Position numbers and translations under genes: made by a program
The notes under the pieces: generated by a model
What the model was told of the DNA's origin: nothing
What the model saw: the letters and a program-made list of their open reading frames with translations, nothing else
Database searches by the model: none
Shown: positions 48,401 to 62,000 of the stretch, piece after piece
Layout of the letters: the number at the start of each line of letters is the position of its first letter
Position numbering within the stretch: the stretch's first letter is position 1
Origin: Oculina patagonica
Taxonomy: Eukaryota
Assembly: GCF_052425735.1 (NCBI RefSeq)
Contig: NC_135763.1
Coordinates: 5,208,001-5,272,000 of the forward strand
DNA length: 64,000 bases
Direction of reading: 5' to 3'

Positions 48401-51400
48401 AACCCTATTAAGTGACCACTTACCATTTCTCCGAAGGTGGCCGCTTTATAGGGGTAATCGACTGTAATAGTTCCTGTTACCTAATTTAACACGACCAATT
48501 TATCATTGCGGTTTCTAGTGTGATAGTAGAGAGATTAAGCATGACTTTAAACGGCAAACGCGAGCTTGCTTTTTATCAAATTCTTAAATGAATCCCTAAT
48601 AAAAAGGGAAAAAATTCCACATTCACGACAAACCCAAAACTACTCATTTCCACGTACGAACATCAAACGTCAGAAGTTGACATTTTGCCGCTCGCGGGAA
48701 AAATAAACGTCATGCTTAATTTCTCTAGTGTCCCATTTAATGATTATCGTTTCCAACATTTTTAACAGCCTGTTTGAGACTATTGCGATATTCAGTCTAT
48801 TAACATAATGTGTCTGAAAAAGTAAAAAAAAAAAAAATAGTGTACCATCCTTGGCATCTATGAAGCCTAGTCCTGCTATGGTCATCAATTTAGCGACCCC
48901 AGGTTCACGCTCCATTAAGCCAGCTCCACTGATTGCTCCCCAGTTTATCGCCAGCCCGGGTAGACCAAGTACCTGTCTTCGGTACTGGGCAAGAGAATCT
49001 TGAAAAGCATTGCAAGCTGAGTATGACGACTGTCCCATGTTACCAAAGACCGAAGCCATGGATGAAAACATCACAAAGAAGTCCAGATCCATTTCCAGGC
49101 TCATTTGGTGCAGTAAAAAGGAACCTAGCAATAAATCGAAACTTATTACCGTAATGATTCGATTTAACTCGTGCTGCATGTGCACTGCGAACAGAGACGG
49201 AAACTTTACTGACGTCGGGACGCCGTTTATCAAAATGGCGGCAATTATCGTCAAATTCGATACTCGTTGGCCATATCACCGTGGAAGGCTTCTCCTTGTT
49301 TTTAAGAGCACAATCTAGGAAATTGGAAAAGGACTTTTTTCCAAAGTAGTTTTTACGTAAGAGAGTTGAGGTACTCCTAGCCACACACGTTTTTATTAGT
49401 TGAGATCTAACTGAAATAGAAAGGGGACACGTATTGGAAGGAGGATACTAAATCGAATGACTGCGGGTTTTAGATAACAAAGATATAACAAAGCATAATA
49501 ATCCTTGTAGTTTACCTTTTATCTTAGGAGCCATGCTATCAGCGAAGCACTCAAATGTCAACTCGTAGAGAAATTCATCCTTAAGAACCATGGCAGTGTT
49601 CACGATGCCAGCAAGACTTGGAAGAGATTGAAGCTGTTCTTTCAAGGCCAACATGTGTTCTTGGTTGGATATATCAATCTGAAAGAAACAGAAATACGAA
49701 GCACTGATTTAAAATTTGTCTCCTTGTGTTAGCGGTTTTTTTTATGTCCAACACTAGATTTAATTTTAAGTCACTTTGCCAGTGACTGTACTAACAGCTT
49801 GCTCTTTCTTACTCTGATTTTTCTTGCCTTTTGCGCGGAAAACTTTATGTCATAAAGCTTTGTACCTAATAAAGCGTTTTAGTGATGAGGATGGCATAGT
49901 ATTACCTGGAACATATGGATCTTTGCGCCAGTCCTTCTTTCTATCTCTCGTACTTCTTGGAATTTGGCATCTGAGGGCTTTGAACGGCCAATTAGACCTA
50001 TGGACTTGGCTCCATTCTCTACCATCCAACAAGCCACTTCAAATCCATATCCTCGAATCCCCCCTGCAACCAAGTACGTTCTGTTTTCTTTTAGGCCACA
50101 TTCGTCTAAGCCACATGGAAGTACAGGAATCTTGTGAAGATCACTGTCTTCTTCAGATGATGGATACGAGTGAATAAGGTAAGAAATGCTCGAGGATGCT
50201 TTCATTTGATGTTTTGGCGATGATTGCTTGTCAAGGGATGCGTTTGCAATTTCGATTGCTGTTGCCAAGTCCATAGATACCAGCTGCATTCCTAAAAGCT
50301 TCTCGAGGGCTCCTTTGCTTTCCAAAAATTCCAGACTCGCCAAACTGAGGTTCTCGTATGCTTGAGGAGACCTGAGAATGCCTGCCATGTCTTCTCTCTC
50401 ATATCTGACACTTGTAGTTGCAGTGAATACGACGTCACCAGCAAACTCAGAACTCAAGATAATAACTCGTCCTCCTGCTTTCAGACTCTGCTCACTTTTT
50501 TTAAGGGCATTTGGAGAAGGTGGGTAGAAAAATAAGACGGCGTCAAAACTGTGTCTAGAATCATCATCGAGACCAGCCAAACTCTGACGGACTACACTAT
50601 CGGCACCCAACTCAAAAAGAAGAGTTTTTGTAGACGTTTGGCAAGTGTCTGGAATGGTGCAAAACACTTTGTGCCCCATGGCTTTTGCAAGGACGACTGC
50701 TGCTGGTCCAGGTCCACGGTTGGCTTCATGTATCAGTAATTTCTGATTCTTGACTCCTGATGCTTGTTTTTGGAGAGCATGAGAAGCTATGGCTAAGCAC
50801 GCAGGAATGTATGCCGCTTGTTCTTTTGTCAGACTGGTTGGTTTTGCAAACACGTTATTAAGCTGGATATAGAGGGAAGGGGAAACCCGCCCAGAGGCGA
50901 TGACACCACACACCTCATCTCCAATGCGCAACTGAGTATTCTTGCTCTTCCCTGGTAGATCAGTCACCTTACCAACGACGAAGACACATCCTTTTGGTTT
51001 GGAAACATCAATTAGCGATTCAGAAGGTGTCCAGCAATAATGGAGATCCATTGTGAGCTCAGAGTGTAATGGCTTTGAAAGACTTTTCTCGCGCAGACAA
51101 AGCGTTCTTGACGAAGGGATACGTGATAAGTACAACGCACCCATCTTCTTGCTTTCAATTCTCTTGGTTGTGGCTTCCTCGGGGGAAACTTTTGACCTCA
51201 CAACGCGATTTATAAAACGTTTGCCATCTCGAAAGGCCACCTCTTCTTCAGTACTGTCGCCCAGAATCTCGTCAATCAAGGAATCTGCCTCATGCATATT
51301 GGTTTTGTTGCTAAGGTCAACAGCTATCATCCTGATGTCAAATTCTTCAAGGCGTGCTGTTCGTCGAAGACCCCAGACTGTAGAACCCCATGGAATGGAA

Positions 51401-54400
51401 TTAATCTTGAGGGACTTGTCACAGGCGCTTAACAGCTGTGTATGTTCGGTGACGAGGAACAGTCGAGGATCGAGCCACTGTTTCTCTAAAAGAAGCTTGA
51501 GTAAGAACATGGAACTGCCGAAAGCGAGGCGTTGAGCTTGATCAATGACATCGATGTTGTCAGGCAGAAGAGTTGTTTCCACAGGCCACATGTTAATGAC
51601 TCTCAGGTGAGATGAATTGCTCGGTGGTATGCTCAAAAAGGTTGCGTTAATTGCTTCCTCTACTTCTGTGTTGAAACATCCAGCATTTGGCGGGTCAACT
51701 GTGACGATATTGGCTTGAGCTGCTTGAAGTCCTGTGACCACGGCATCCGAAAGCTCCGAGGAATCTTTCAGCACTATGCAAGTCAAATTTGGTTTAGTTT
51801 CCCTCTGCCCTTGTAAGACCTCCTCCATCCATTGGACTTCATGCACAAGGTCATCAAACGCAAATCGACGGTCTGTGCTAGTCAACTCCGTTGAGCGAAA
51901 GTCGTTTATTGTTAGTAATACCTTCCCGGATGGACTCATGAGGGTAACATGGAATCTTCCAAAGTTAGTCATATCGGCAGTGACATGGCAATACAGCTGG
52001 TTGGTAGAAGGAACGTCGTTCAAAATAATGCTCTTGAAACCCACTGGTACAAAGGACGAATCTTCAGTTACGAAGTTGCCAATCGGAACAAAGCAGGATT
52101 GAAGACAGGCGTCTAAAATGCAGGGATGCACCACATAATCTTCAGCTTCAGTTTGAATGGTCGGCAAGCCACTGATGTCCAACAAGCAAAGTCCCTCGTT
52201 ATCGCGCTGCCAGATATCTTTGATGATGGAGAAAGTGGTCCCATAGTTAAACCCCAACTTCTCTGTTATTTCTCTGAACCGCTCCACTGTCATTTTCGTT
52301 GTATTTGCCATCAGCTCATTTACAGCAGGGCCAAGTTGGTCGGAAGCTGCGGATATTAACAAAGCAGAAAATATTTGGTCCAAATTCCTATAAGACTATC
52401 TTGAAAGCTTTAAGCAGATGTCTATTGTGATTGTTCATTATGGGACCACAAAATTTGATGCTTTTTAATTCTAGCTATAGGGCAACAAACAACAACAAGG
52501 ACAATGTTGACGATTTGAAAGACTGGTTTATCAAGGCATTGATAAAAAATACCAAGATAATAATACCTTTGTCCCCAAAATTCTCGTCTCTGTGCAAAAG
52601 ATCTACGGCAATGTTCCCGCTGCTGTGATTAATTTCAGAGTCGTCATCCTGAATGCTTGTAATATGGAACTTGGCTTCATTAACTTTGTCAGTCTTGAGA
52701 AGACGGAGTCGTAAGGATCGAACCTAAAAATAAAAGGAAATAATTCAATTTTATTTTAGTACGTCATTTGCAGCCTTTCTATTTTACGTGAAAAGGATTT
52801 TAATTAATTCGCCTCCCTATTCCTTCTTTGTACTATAATTTTAGTTACCTGTGTTTCTGGAAGGGTAAGGACACTGGAGAGCTTCACATCACTTAGTTCC
52901 AAGCCAGCAACATCTACGAATTTGTCTTTCACCATCGCAAAGGCCATTTCCAAGTAAGCAGCTCCTGGCATCACAGCACCTCCCTGAATAAAAGCGTGGT
53001 CTTTTAGAGTTGGAAAGCGGTGGAGGTCAATCTCAGTCTCCCAGCAATGCAGGCCTGAATACGGGTCGGTCTTTTTCACCTCAGCTAGAAATGGATGTGC
53101 TTGCTTCTTTGTGGTATTCTCAGCACCAAAAGGAGAGATAGCGGTTTGAGGCAGGTCTTCCCGATACCAAAACCTGTTTTCCAGCCATGGATAGTTCAGT
53201 GAACGGACAAAGCTTGCTGATGGATTCTTCTGTACACAAGTCCAATCAATCTGAAATCCCATCGTATACAGTTTACAAACTGTATTCTGAAGAAAGCACT
53301 TGTGTTGGTCTTTGACAGGTACTCTTTTGCGAGGAAGAGTTGCCACGACAACTGGCATTTCTTGGTCTTTAAGTTCTTCTTGAAGAGCAATCTGCTTGAC
53401 ATAGTGGGCTAGAATTGGCTGCGTACTTATTTCAATAATCTGCTTGTAACCATCCTTTAACAGATGCTTCACAGCTGGATGGAACTGGACTGGACAGCGA
53501 ATATTTCGCCACCAGTAATCGCCGTTGAACTGCTGACCCGAAAGAACTTCGCCCTCGACGGTAGAATACATAGGAATTTTCGACAGTTGAGGGTTTAGCT
53601 TGATGCGTTTCATAGCTGCTTGAAACGGCTTCTTGATGGGTTCCATGTGTGTGCTATGAAATGCGCGTTTTGTTCCAAGAACGCGCCAGAAAGTATCTCT
53701 TGCGTGCACTGTTAGATGTTGACCCAGGGCTTCGATTGATTGGGATTCACCTGATACTGTCACGCTCTCCGCATCATTAACTGCGGCGATGTCAAGTGTG
53801 GCACTTAACTTCAGGTCTAGCAGTAATGACCTGGCCTTTTCTTCAGACATGCCCAGAGCCGCCATACCACCATTATTTGGACATTTATCTTGCAGAGTAG
53901 CGCGAGCCAGCACTATTTGAACAGCTTCCTTGACCGTTATTATCCCAGCAACACAGGCAGCTGCAAACTCTCCTAGACTGTGACCAATGACAGCGGAAGG
54001 ATGGATTTTCCAGGACATCAGCAGCTGTGCTGTCGCGTACTGGACAGCAAAAGTGGCCGGCTGAGCGATGTAGTTCTCCGCAATTCTTGAACTGTCTTCT
54101 GGTGCCATCAGCTCGTCTATGAGTGACCACGCCATACCAAGATCTTGAAGTGAATTGCTCACCGTCAAAATGGCTTCCCTGAAAACAGCTTCACATTCCA
54201 TTAACTGTCTTCCCATGGCGTACCATTGAGAGCCCTGACCACCAAACATGAAAACGAGTTTTTCACCATTGGAGCTCACTTTGTCATAAGAAACCATCTT
54301 ATCCCATCCCACGGAGTCATCAGCGTAGTTTGCCAGAGACTTGGAAGCTTCAGCAGGGGAACCAAAGGCGAGTGCCAAACGGTGTGGCAGTTGACTGCGG

Positions 54401-57400
54401 CGTTCGTTCAAAGAATAGCATAAGTTTTCCACGAAAGGGTTATCCATATCTGCATTATCTTTGATCCATTCTGAGTATAGGCGTGCCATCTTCTGTAGAG
54501 CTTCTTTTGAACGCGCTGACAAGGTGAGAACATTACTTGGGTGATTTACGTTTTCTTCGTGTAAACATTGCTTTTGAGTAACTTCGCAAAGGATGACATG
54601 TACATTTGACCCGCCAAAACCAAATGAGTTCAAGGCTGCTATTCGCGGTTTTCCTTTTTCTGTTGTCCACGGCTCAGTAGTTTGCTGCACAACAAAGTCG
54701 TTTTCTTCCAGCTTTAGTTTGGGATTCAGCACACGTATGTTCACAGTTGGTACAAATTTCTTGTTTTTGATCATCAGAGCGACCTTGATAAGCCCAGCAA
54801 GACCGGAAGTAGATTCTGTGTGATTGAGGTTTGACTTAACAGAACCAATCCTTAACTTTCGTGTGGACTTTGCTGTTTGCCTGCTGTAGGTTTCCGCTAT
54901 CGAATCAACCTCAACCACATCTCCAATTGCGGTACCAGTGCCATGCGCCTCGAAGAAGTCCACATCTTCTGGGTTTACTCCTGACTGTTCTAGAACCCTT
55001 CTGGATAGTTCAGCTTGCATCTTTGCACTCGGAGCCGTCATTGGTACAGCGTTTTGCCCATCGCTATTCATTCCACACGCAACGATCTCGCAGTATACGT
55101 CATCTTTGTCACTCAAAGCCGCATGTGAAAGCTTCAAAACAACTGCTGCAAAACCTTCTCCACGTCCATAGCCATCTCCAGAAGCATCAAAACTTTTACT
55201 GCGTCCGTCAGGCGCCAGGAGTCCACCTAAGCTGGATGCCATCTGCATAGCATGATTAAGGATGACGTTAGGTGCACAAACGATGGCTATTTCGCAATCC
55301 TCATTGAGTAGGTTATCATAGGCTATTTTGAGTGCAGTTAAGGATGAAGAGCATGCCGTATCGACGACCAGGCTCGGACCTGTAAGGTTAAGACAGAAGG
55401 ACACTCTGTTGGCGATAATAGACAATGTGTTTCCTGTCGAGGAAAACTGGTCCATTCGTTTGTAATTTGATGGATTTGCTACAACGTTAGAGTAATCCAG
55501 ATTCATCACACCGACATAGACCCCTGTTCGACACTTCTGAAGATCTTCAAGCCGCATTCCGGCATCTTCAATGGCTTCATACACCACTTGTAGTAGAATT
55601 CTCTGCTGAGGATCCATTCCACGAGCTTCTTGACTAGATATGCCGAAGAACTTGTTGTCAAATTTGCTTATTTCATCCAAGTAGGAACCATTCACAACAC
55701 AGTGGCGTCCGCTAACATACCGCCTAGGATTATAGAGTTCAAAGAAAGTTTTATGTTGTTCAGGTCTGTTCTCGGGGTACGCACTATTCGAACTTTTTCC
55801 TTGCTCAAGGAAATGCCAAAACTGATCCTTATCGCTGCCTCCGGGAAATCTGCAGCTGATGCCAACGATGGAAATTCCAGGGCGTTTTGATCTGAGCTGT
55901 CGTATTTCACTATCTTGTACTTGCAAGGATAGTCCTTCATTATGTTCCTTGTTGACAGGTAGTATATCCACGTCTTTATGAGAATCATAAGTATGTAAGA
56001 ACTCAAGTAACAATACGATTATCGGCGGGGAAATAAGGAGAGCGTGGGTCAGACCTAGAGCAAGGACAAGAGGGACAAGTCTGTGAAAAATGTCCGCTAG
56101 ACTTGGATGAATAAACCCCAATGAAATCGATCCAGATATTGTTATTAACGCTCCAGCTACTACAGACCAACCAACAGAGCGTAGTGCCTCAATCATGCGA
56201 ATTCGTATTTTTTGCTTTGCTGAAAATACGAATGAATGAGCAACCTGAATGCTGAAGTTCAGGGATAAGATAATCGTCAGAAAGAGAGAAAGAAAGGAGA
56301 TGTGATTCAGATGAATTTTCCACACCTCCATTATAGCTGCTGCCTCCAAAAGGAGCAAATCAAATGTTATAGCCAGGAAAATACCAATTCCGAAACTCGA
56401 GGTTGAGAACAGAGAGAATATAAACACTACTGCTGTTGCAGTTACGAATACTGTGAAGACTGCTTCTCGTTGTAACAGATAGAGGTCATCAAGATCGAAA
56501 AATTTCTCAGAGACTGGTACGGCGTCTAGAGGAGACTGTTTCAGCAAGTCTTTTCTCAGTTTCTCTAGTGATGCTCTGTCTTCACGAAATCGGTTGTGTT
56601 GTTCCATTTTCAGATGAATTCGAGATGCCACAATTTTCACTCGGGGATTCACATCTTGAAAGCGCAAGTCTTGCCAAAACAGGACGTTGTGGGATTGATT
56701 AAGGAAGAGTTCTAAACAGCGGTAGAATTCTAAGTTCGAGCAGGTCATGTTTTGATGTCGTTTCCATTGTTGAAGGGCTGCCATCCAACAGAGGGATTCC
56801 CTCTCAGTGTAGGAAGCCATTTGCAGTTTGGAACAAATTTTAATTATTTGCTTCTGTACAGTCTCCTGTGAATAGTCAATTTTCTTGGAGAAAACGATAC
56901 TTGTATCAATTTCATCACCAAAGAACTTTTGTTGCGCTTCGCTGAACTGCTTGAAATTATCATTTTGGTAAAGTGACTCGGTGGTGCTTGTTCGCTCACC
57001 ACGTTGTAAAGCAGAGAACACACACAAACTGACGATGCATGCAAGGACGAGAAGTGCAAGAATTTTTCCACCAAGCGACGTAATTTTCCACGTAAGGCTT
57101 TTTAGAATGTGTCGCAGTTTAGATTTTCGACATTGTAAAAGTCCTTCGTCGAAGCTTCCAAAGTCAGTAATTGACGATCTTCTCCTACAGGATCGTGGAC
57201 AAGGATTGTTCAATTTCTTCAATCTTCTTTCAAAATACATCAACAGCGTGACTGTTACAATAAAGGACGCAGCCGAAGCCAAGACATAAACTACAAGTGT
57301 CGCCATGAAAAAATCTGAAATCACATCAAAGGAAGATTTGATTGCAATTCCAGAAAGAATTGTTCCACATAACGCCGACAATGTAGCAAGGAAGCCTGCT

Positions 57401-58567
57401 TTGGTAACACAACTGACGACTCGATGTTCAAGTGATGGCACCTTCTTTTGACGCTCCCATTCCACCAGGAAAAGTACAGCGTCTGATGTCGCTTTTCCCA
57501 ACAGCAAAAAGGGAATGAACAAGGTAGTTGGGAAAAGGGAAGTGTTGGTCATTGAGATAATACCTGCAGAACACGTCATTGGCAACAGAATAGATGAAAT
57601 CATCAGTAAGACTGTTGTTAGGTAACTGAGATTATCAGAGGAGAGGTATAAGACAATGAAGACAAGAACAGTCATTGCAAAAGGTGAAAAATAAAGTGGC
57701 CATCGCTCTAGTTTTAAGACGTTTTGTAGAGCATCATTTGTTGTTTTGCCAGTCTTGAAGTAGAGGTTGGCGCACTTTAAACGACGACCAATCGACGACA
57801 GGAGATTTTCGAAAGATGCTTCAAATTTAAGAACTGCCTGGTCTTCTTCTTCAATGCTTGTCCTTTTAATGTAGTAAATAACTTGAAGCGCGTCGGCTCG
57901 TGCAGTTAGTGGATCTGCCTTACGTTGAACTTGAAAATTACTCAGCATTTGATGGAAAGAAGAATTGAATGTTTGACCAGAAGAGAGAACTACAGTAGTG
58001 TTTTTCAACTCGCGAACCAGAATGGGGGAAAGGTTGCTCAAATTTTCAAATTGAGCACCAGCTAATTCGAGAGGACTGCTGATGATACAGTCATGTTTAG
58101 CGGGTTTGTTTTGGCTTTTTGAAAGCAATTTCCTGGAACATATTTCACTGTAACCACTAACGTTTGTTATGGTCTGGTGCACTAGAGTGGCGTCTTTTAA
58201 GCAATCTTCACTTAGGATATTTTGACCATGTTTAGGGATCATGATGATCTGCTCTTGGCGCGCTTCAAGGAGTGGAAAAAATTGCGCTGCATGATGCAAG
58301 TCTTTCCTGGATTGGCTGTCAGTCGCAGTGAAGCGTGCAGCGGAGGGCTGCTCGACACGCAGGCGAATAAATCCCAGACAGCTCGCAGTTACAACTATAA
58401 GCGACACCAGGAGGACAACGGATGGTCTACGAGCAAGATAGAACCCCAATTTCTCGAACACTCTCTCGTAGGCAGTAAGGACGCCATAAGATAGATATCT
58501 TCGCACTCCTTTGATGGTACCGCATCCAAGACGACGCTTTTTACGGGTTCTGTGGAACTCATAAGAC
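42443..58567 (-). CDS. Copy A: Patched/NPC1-like RND-polyketide synthase (KS-AT-DH-psiKR-ER0-KR-ACP-TE)-PH-like fusion, >=3556 aa; start exon not located
   Basis: 12 GT-AG exons: 58567-52849, 52723-52567, 52346-49906, 49678-49516, 49124-48846, 48153-47765, 47175-46873, 45430-45113, 44479-44249, 44052-43731, 43021-42893, 42663-42443(TAG). Lengths of exons 2-12 equal copy B except exon 7 (+9 nt). Confidence 0.92.
44549..44637. mobile_element. Short hairpin MITE
   Basis: CTTCGCAGCCGTTAT..GTCACGC / GCGTGAC..ATAACGGCTGCGAAG. Confidence 0.6.
45640..46247. mobile_element. Non-autonomous hAT DNA transposon in intron 7 of copy A
   Basis: 20-bp perfect TIR TAGCCTGCGAACAGGCTTTC / GAAAGCCTGTTCGCAGGCTA; 8-bp TSD CTCCAAAA (45632-45639, 46248-46255); GC-rich body. 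Confidence 0.92.
48285..48466. mobile_element. Partial Tc1/mariner-pogo-like MITE
   Basis: Right end ..TCGACTG|TA with TAAGCGGCCA/TGGCCGCTT subrepeats; left end lost. Confidence 0.5.
48527..48727. mobile_element. MITE
   Basis: TIR TAGAGAGATTAAGCATGAC / GTCATGCTTAATTTCTCTA. Confidence 0.7.
49906..52346 (-). CDS. Copy A exon 3: C-terminal DH, psiKR, degenerate ER, start of KR
   Basis: 834-aa ORF; HPCILDACLQ, LLIHEANRGPG, TYLVAGGIRGYG. Confidence 0.9.
52849..58567 (-). CDS. Copy A giant exon: RND(SSD)-KS-AT-N-terminal DH
   Basis: 1900-aa ORF 52804-58506, open upstream to the conserved TCTAG|GTCTTA acceptor. Confidence 0.92.
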
Positions 58568-59680
58568 CTAGACGTAGGAATGCAATTTGATCAAGAGATT
58601 GGGATATCTTATTGGAAAGTCAGATTGGGCCAGCAATACATGAAATAAATTGTTTCACTATTTATTGTCCTTAAACTGAGGTGCATCCTTTGTAATATCT
58701 CTGAATGAATGATCTATGAACATTGGAAAATGTTGTTTTTCCTACACTTCGGTAAGCTTTGCCAAAATATCCACTAAATCATTTCTAGGTACTGATTCCA
58801 GAGAGCGTTTGTCCCCCATATTGTTTCGTTTATACGAAAAGCGACACGTTTGTTTGCAGTTTTTATTTAGGAGAACGGATGAACGGTCACGTGGTCAAGA
58901 ACGGTTTGTCGACCGCAAAGTTCAACCTGGATATGAAACCTCGTTACACTTCTTTGCTGAAATTCTTTCTGACAAAGAGAGCAGCAGCAGTAGCTAACGA
59001 TTGCTTATGAGAGAGCTTTTGGCGAAGAAAAACGATAAAGTTGGTAAATAAAGACTGCTATATAATTACAAATGCATGCAATGAACATAGATGAGAGAGA
59101 AGCAATTCCGTTCGCAGAGAAAGGCTGAGGTAAGTGTATCCGCTCTAGTAATAACTTAAAACACACTGTCTAGAATTGTACAAGGAATCCTTGCCGGGTG
59201 GACTCCGTGGATGTGGCGACTGCCTCTTATTCATATCATTGCAGAGATCTAGAAGATATATTTTACGAAGGAAATTGTCATCACTGAACAATTTCTGTAT
59301 ACCGTTTGTTGCCAAAACATTCATGAAAGCAATGTATCTCGAAGGTCTTTTTTTGTCATTTGTACAAGTGGCAGCTATGAACAGCATGAAAGAATATCGC
59401 GCAACTAAACTAAATGACTTAAGGAAAGTTCGGTTAATGCTAATTGTTCCGTTTGGGGTTGGAAACGAGTAAGAAAAAAGGACACTTTAGCCAAATTAAA
59501 TGGTATAGCAGGTTAAAGCCAAATTAAATGGTATAGCCGGTAAGTTGGTTGGTTTTTGTGATTCGTTTATAGCACAATTCTTACCACTGGCAATCTCGTG
59601 CTCATGGTATCATAAAACAATGCTGAACACACTGGTAACCTTTTACATTTCAATCCCACCGTGTGTCACACCGGGTGAGG

Positions 59681-59710
59681 TCACGTGCGTACCCTTGGCC
59701 TGGTCACGTG
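59681..59710. promoter_or_regulatory. Paired E-box TCACGTG-N16-TCACGTG
   Basis: Matches 35667-35696 in motif and spacing. Confidence 0.45.
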
Positions 59711-62000
59711 CCCGTGAAAGAACAATAAGGTTGCCGGGGCTACAGAAGCATGGACTCGAACTATGCTGAGGTTTGGTGTTTGATCAATCATAACCACTAA
59801 ACTGTTGACCCCGTAAGGACAGAGATGGGGGCTGAAGAAGAACAACGACTTATGAGAGAAAATTCAGGAACCCCCTCTTAAACGGAAATAGATTTTAAAG
59901 GCACCCCTTTTAAAAATCTCAAGATCTGCAAATTTTAATAAACTCAAACATTTCATAGGATATGTTATCACATAATAAGGACGTTAAATTTGTGTGTTTT
60001 TTATGCCATTGCTGTTAAATCTTCTTGCATTTTCAAAGAACTTTAGTACATCTTTTTGTCGATTTTTTAACAAGAGAACTGTATGACTTTCAAACAACCA
60101 AGCAAAATCTATATATGCGAAAATTGAGATGAGTATGAGTCTTTACAAACAAGTTTGCAAAGTTTAGTTGGCGAGTGTGTCGTAGTTGTCGTCTGTCGGT
60201 TTATCCTTGTTATCAACTGATTTCGCTTTGCAGATTTCTTCGGAGAAAGGGAATAAAATTACTTTCAAAGTGGCAACAGCATCGCTTCAACAAAATTAAA
60301 ATATCCAATCTTTCCCTACTTTTAAGATTCTTTGAAATAAATTCTTTTCTTCGAGATGTGTTGAAAATATATGTTAAATTCGATAATAGAACCTAGCACT
60401 TCTCTGATGTCAAAACGTCTCTTTGATTTTGTCTCTTCAATGATCCATTTATCATTATATAATGGTAAATGCATTTGATAGCCGTTGTTAATAGCAAGAA
60501 ATTTATACAACTGAACAAATATTGGCCGGTTGGTAGTTTAGAAGCATTGGCCAAATGGCACCTTCAGCTTGTTAAACCGCTAGGACTCCGTCTTGATCAT
60601 ATAATTTATAAAAAACACTACCTTAAATTTTTCTTTCAATAGTGCTGTCCACGGCGTCTTCAATATGAATCCAAGGCACAAAACTTTCGTGTTTAATATT
60701 ATGATTCTTTTGCTGGTTCGAGGTAAAAGCAGTCTTTACGAAAACCTGAGGTATAATCTGTGTTGCCAATTAGTTGCAAGAAACAGCGAAAATATAATTT
60801 TTGGCAGTCAAAAAATAGATATTTGCGAATCAGCGAGAATTATCGCCTTTTCTTCATATGTGGCTTGTTTGCGATGTGTCATCCTATTAAACTTGAGAGG
60901 TCTCTCTGAGTTCTGGTATTGTTAGCAAAAGAAGTTATTTCAAAATTATATAGTGGGGTTCTTCTTGATTTCATCTCTTTGTCTTCTATTTTAAAACGAA
61001 TCGTTTACTTGTCTAGTTAGCGTAAAAATGAATTGTACAAGTCGATAATTCATCTTCCAGAAGTTTGTAGCTTAAGTCCAAAATCATATTAGGTAAACCG
61101 GCTAAACGATCAAATGTTGACCTTCATGCAACGCTCGCCGTCTATGAAAATGTTTAACCTAAAAGCGGCTGATTGATCGTTCAAAAACGGTGGCCGGGTG
61201 TCCACAAAGCGAATTTATTGTCATTGTCACTCTCGGTTTAAAGGGCTATGTAGGAGATTTGGTTTTTGTTATTGTGAATTTGGGGGGGGAAAAAAAACAA
61301 AAAAAAAAAAATTTTTAAAATTAAAGAAAAATATATTTTTTTTGATAGAAATAGTAAAATTTTTTTAAAGAAAATTAAATTTTTTCCCCCCCCCAAATTT
61401 TATATTTTTTTAAAAAATATTTTTAAAAAAATTTAAATAATGCTCGCGGCAAGTAAACAGTAATTTCGGTCGCCTAAAACGAATTTATAACTATTGTTTT
61501 ACCCGAAAATTTGTTTATTTTTTTCTCTTGAGTAACAGTTCTTCAGTGTATGTGTGCTCAGTTTTTGAGAGATTGATGTCTTTCACGCGGCAAAGGAATC
61601 ACATTTTTTCATGCATTCGAGTTAATCGAAAGTAAATTACAGTAATGGAGCGAAACAAGTGAGACAGTAACTTTTTCCTCTGCAGAGGCCTCTTTCGTGT
61701 TTCGTACTAAAGGAGCCTCTGCAGTAAACTGTCATGAGTAATATGATGTATGATCGAAGAAAAGAAAACACTATATGACAAACGTGTATTTCAATATCTT
61801 GTGGAAAAGAGAGTAAAGCAAGCGATTCTAGTTAATTAACGGTTACAAGAGCCACTGTTTTGAAAGTTGTTTGTTAATCGACTCAAAGTTCATCAGGGGC
61901 CCTTTGGAAACCCGTTTTACGACTTTACTATTCGTTATTCGATAAATTTATCGAACTAGCTACGACGCGGTTGTGCGTTTTGAAGTTTTTGACATCAATC

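Noticed and set aside
59489-59537. 21-bp direct repeat AGCCAAATTAAATGGTATAGC x2
   Set aside because: Simple local duplication with only two units; not a CRISPR-like array
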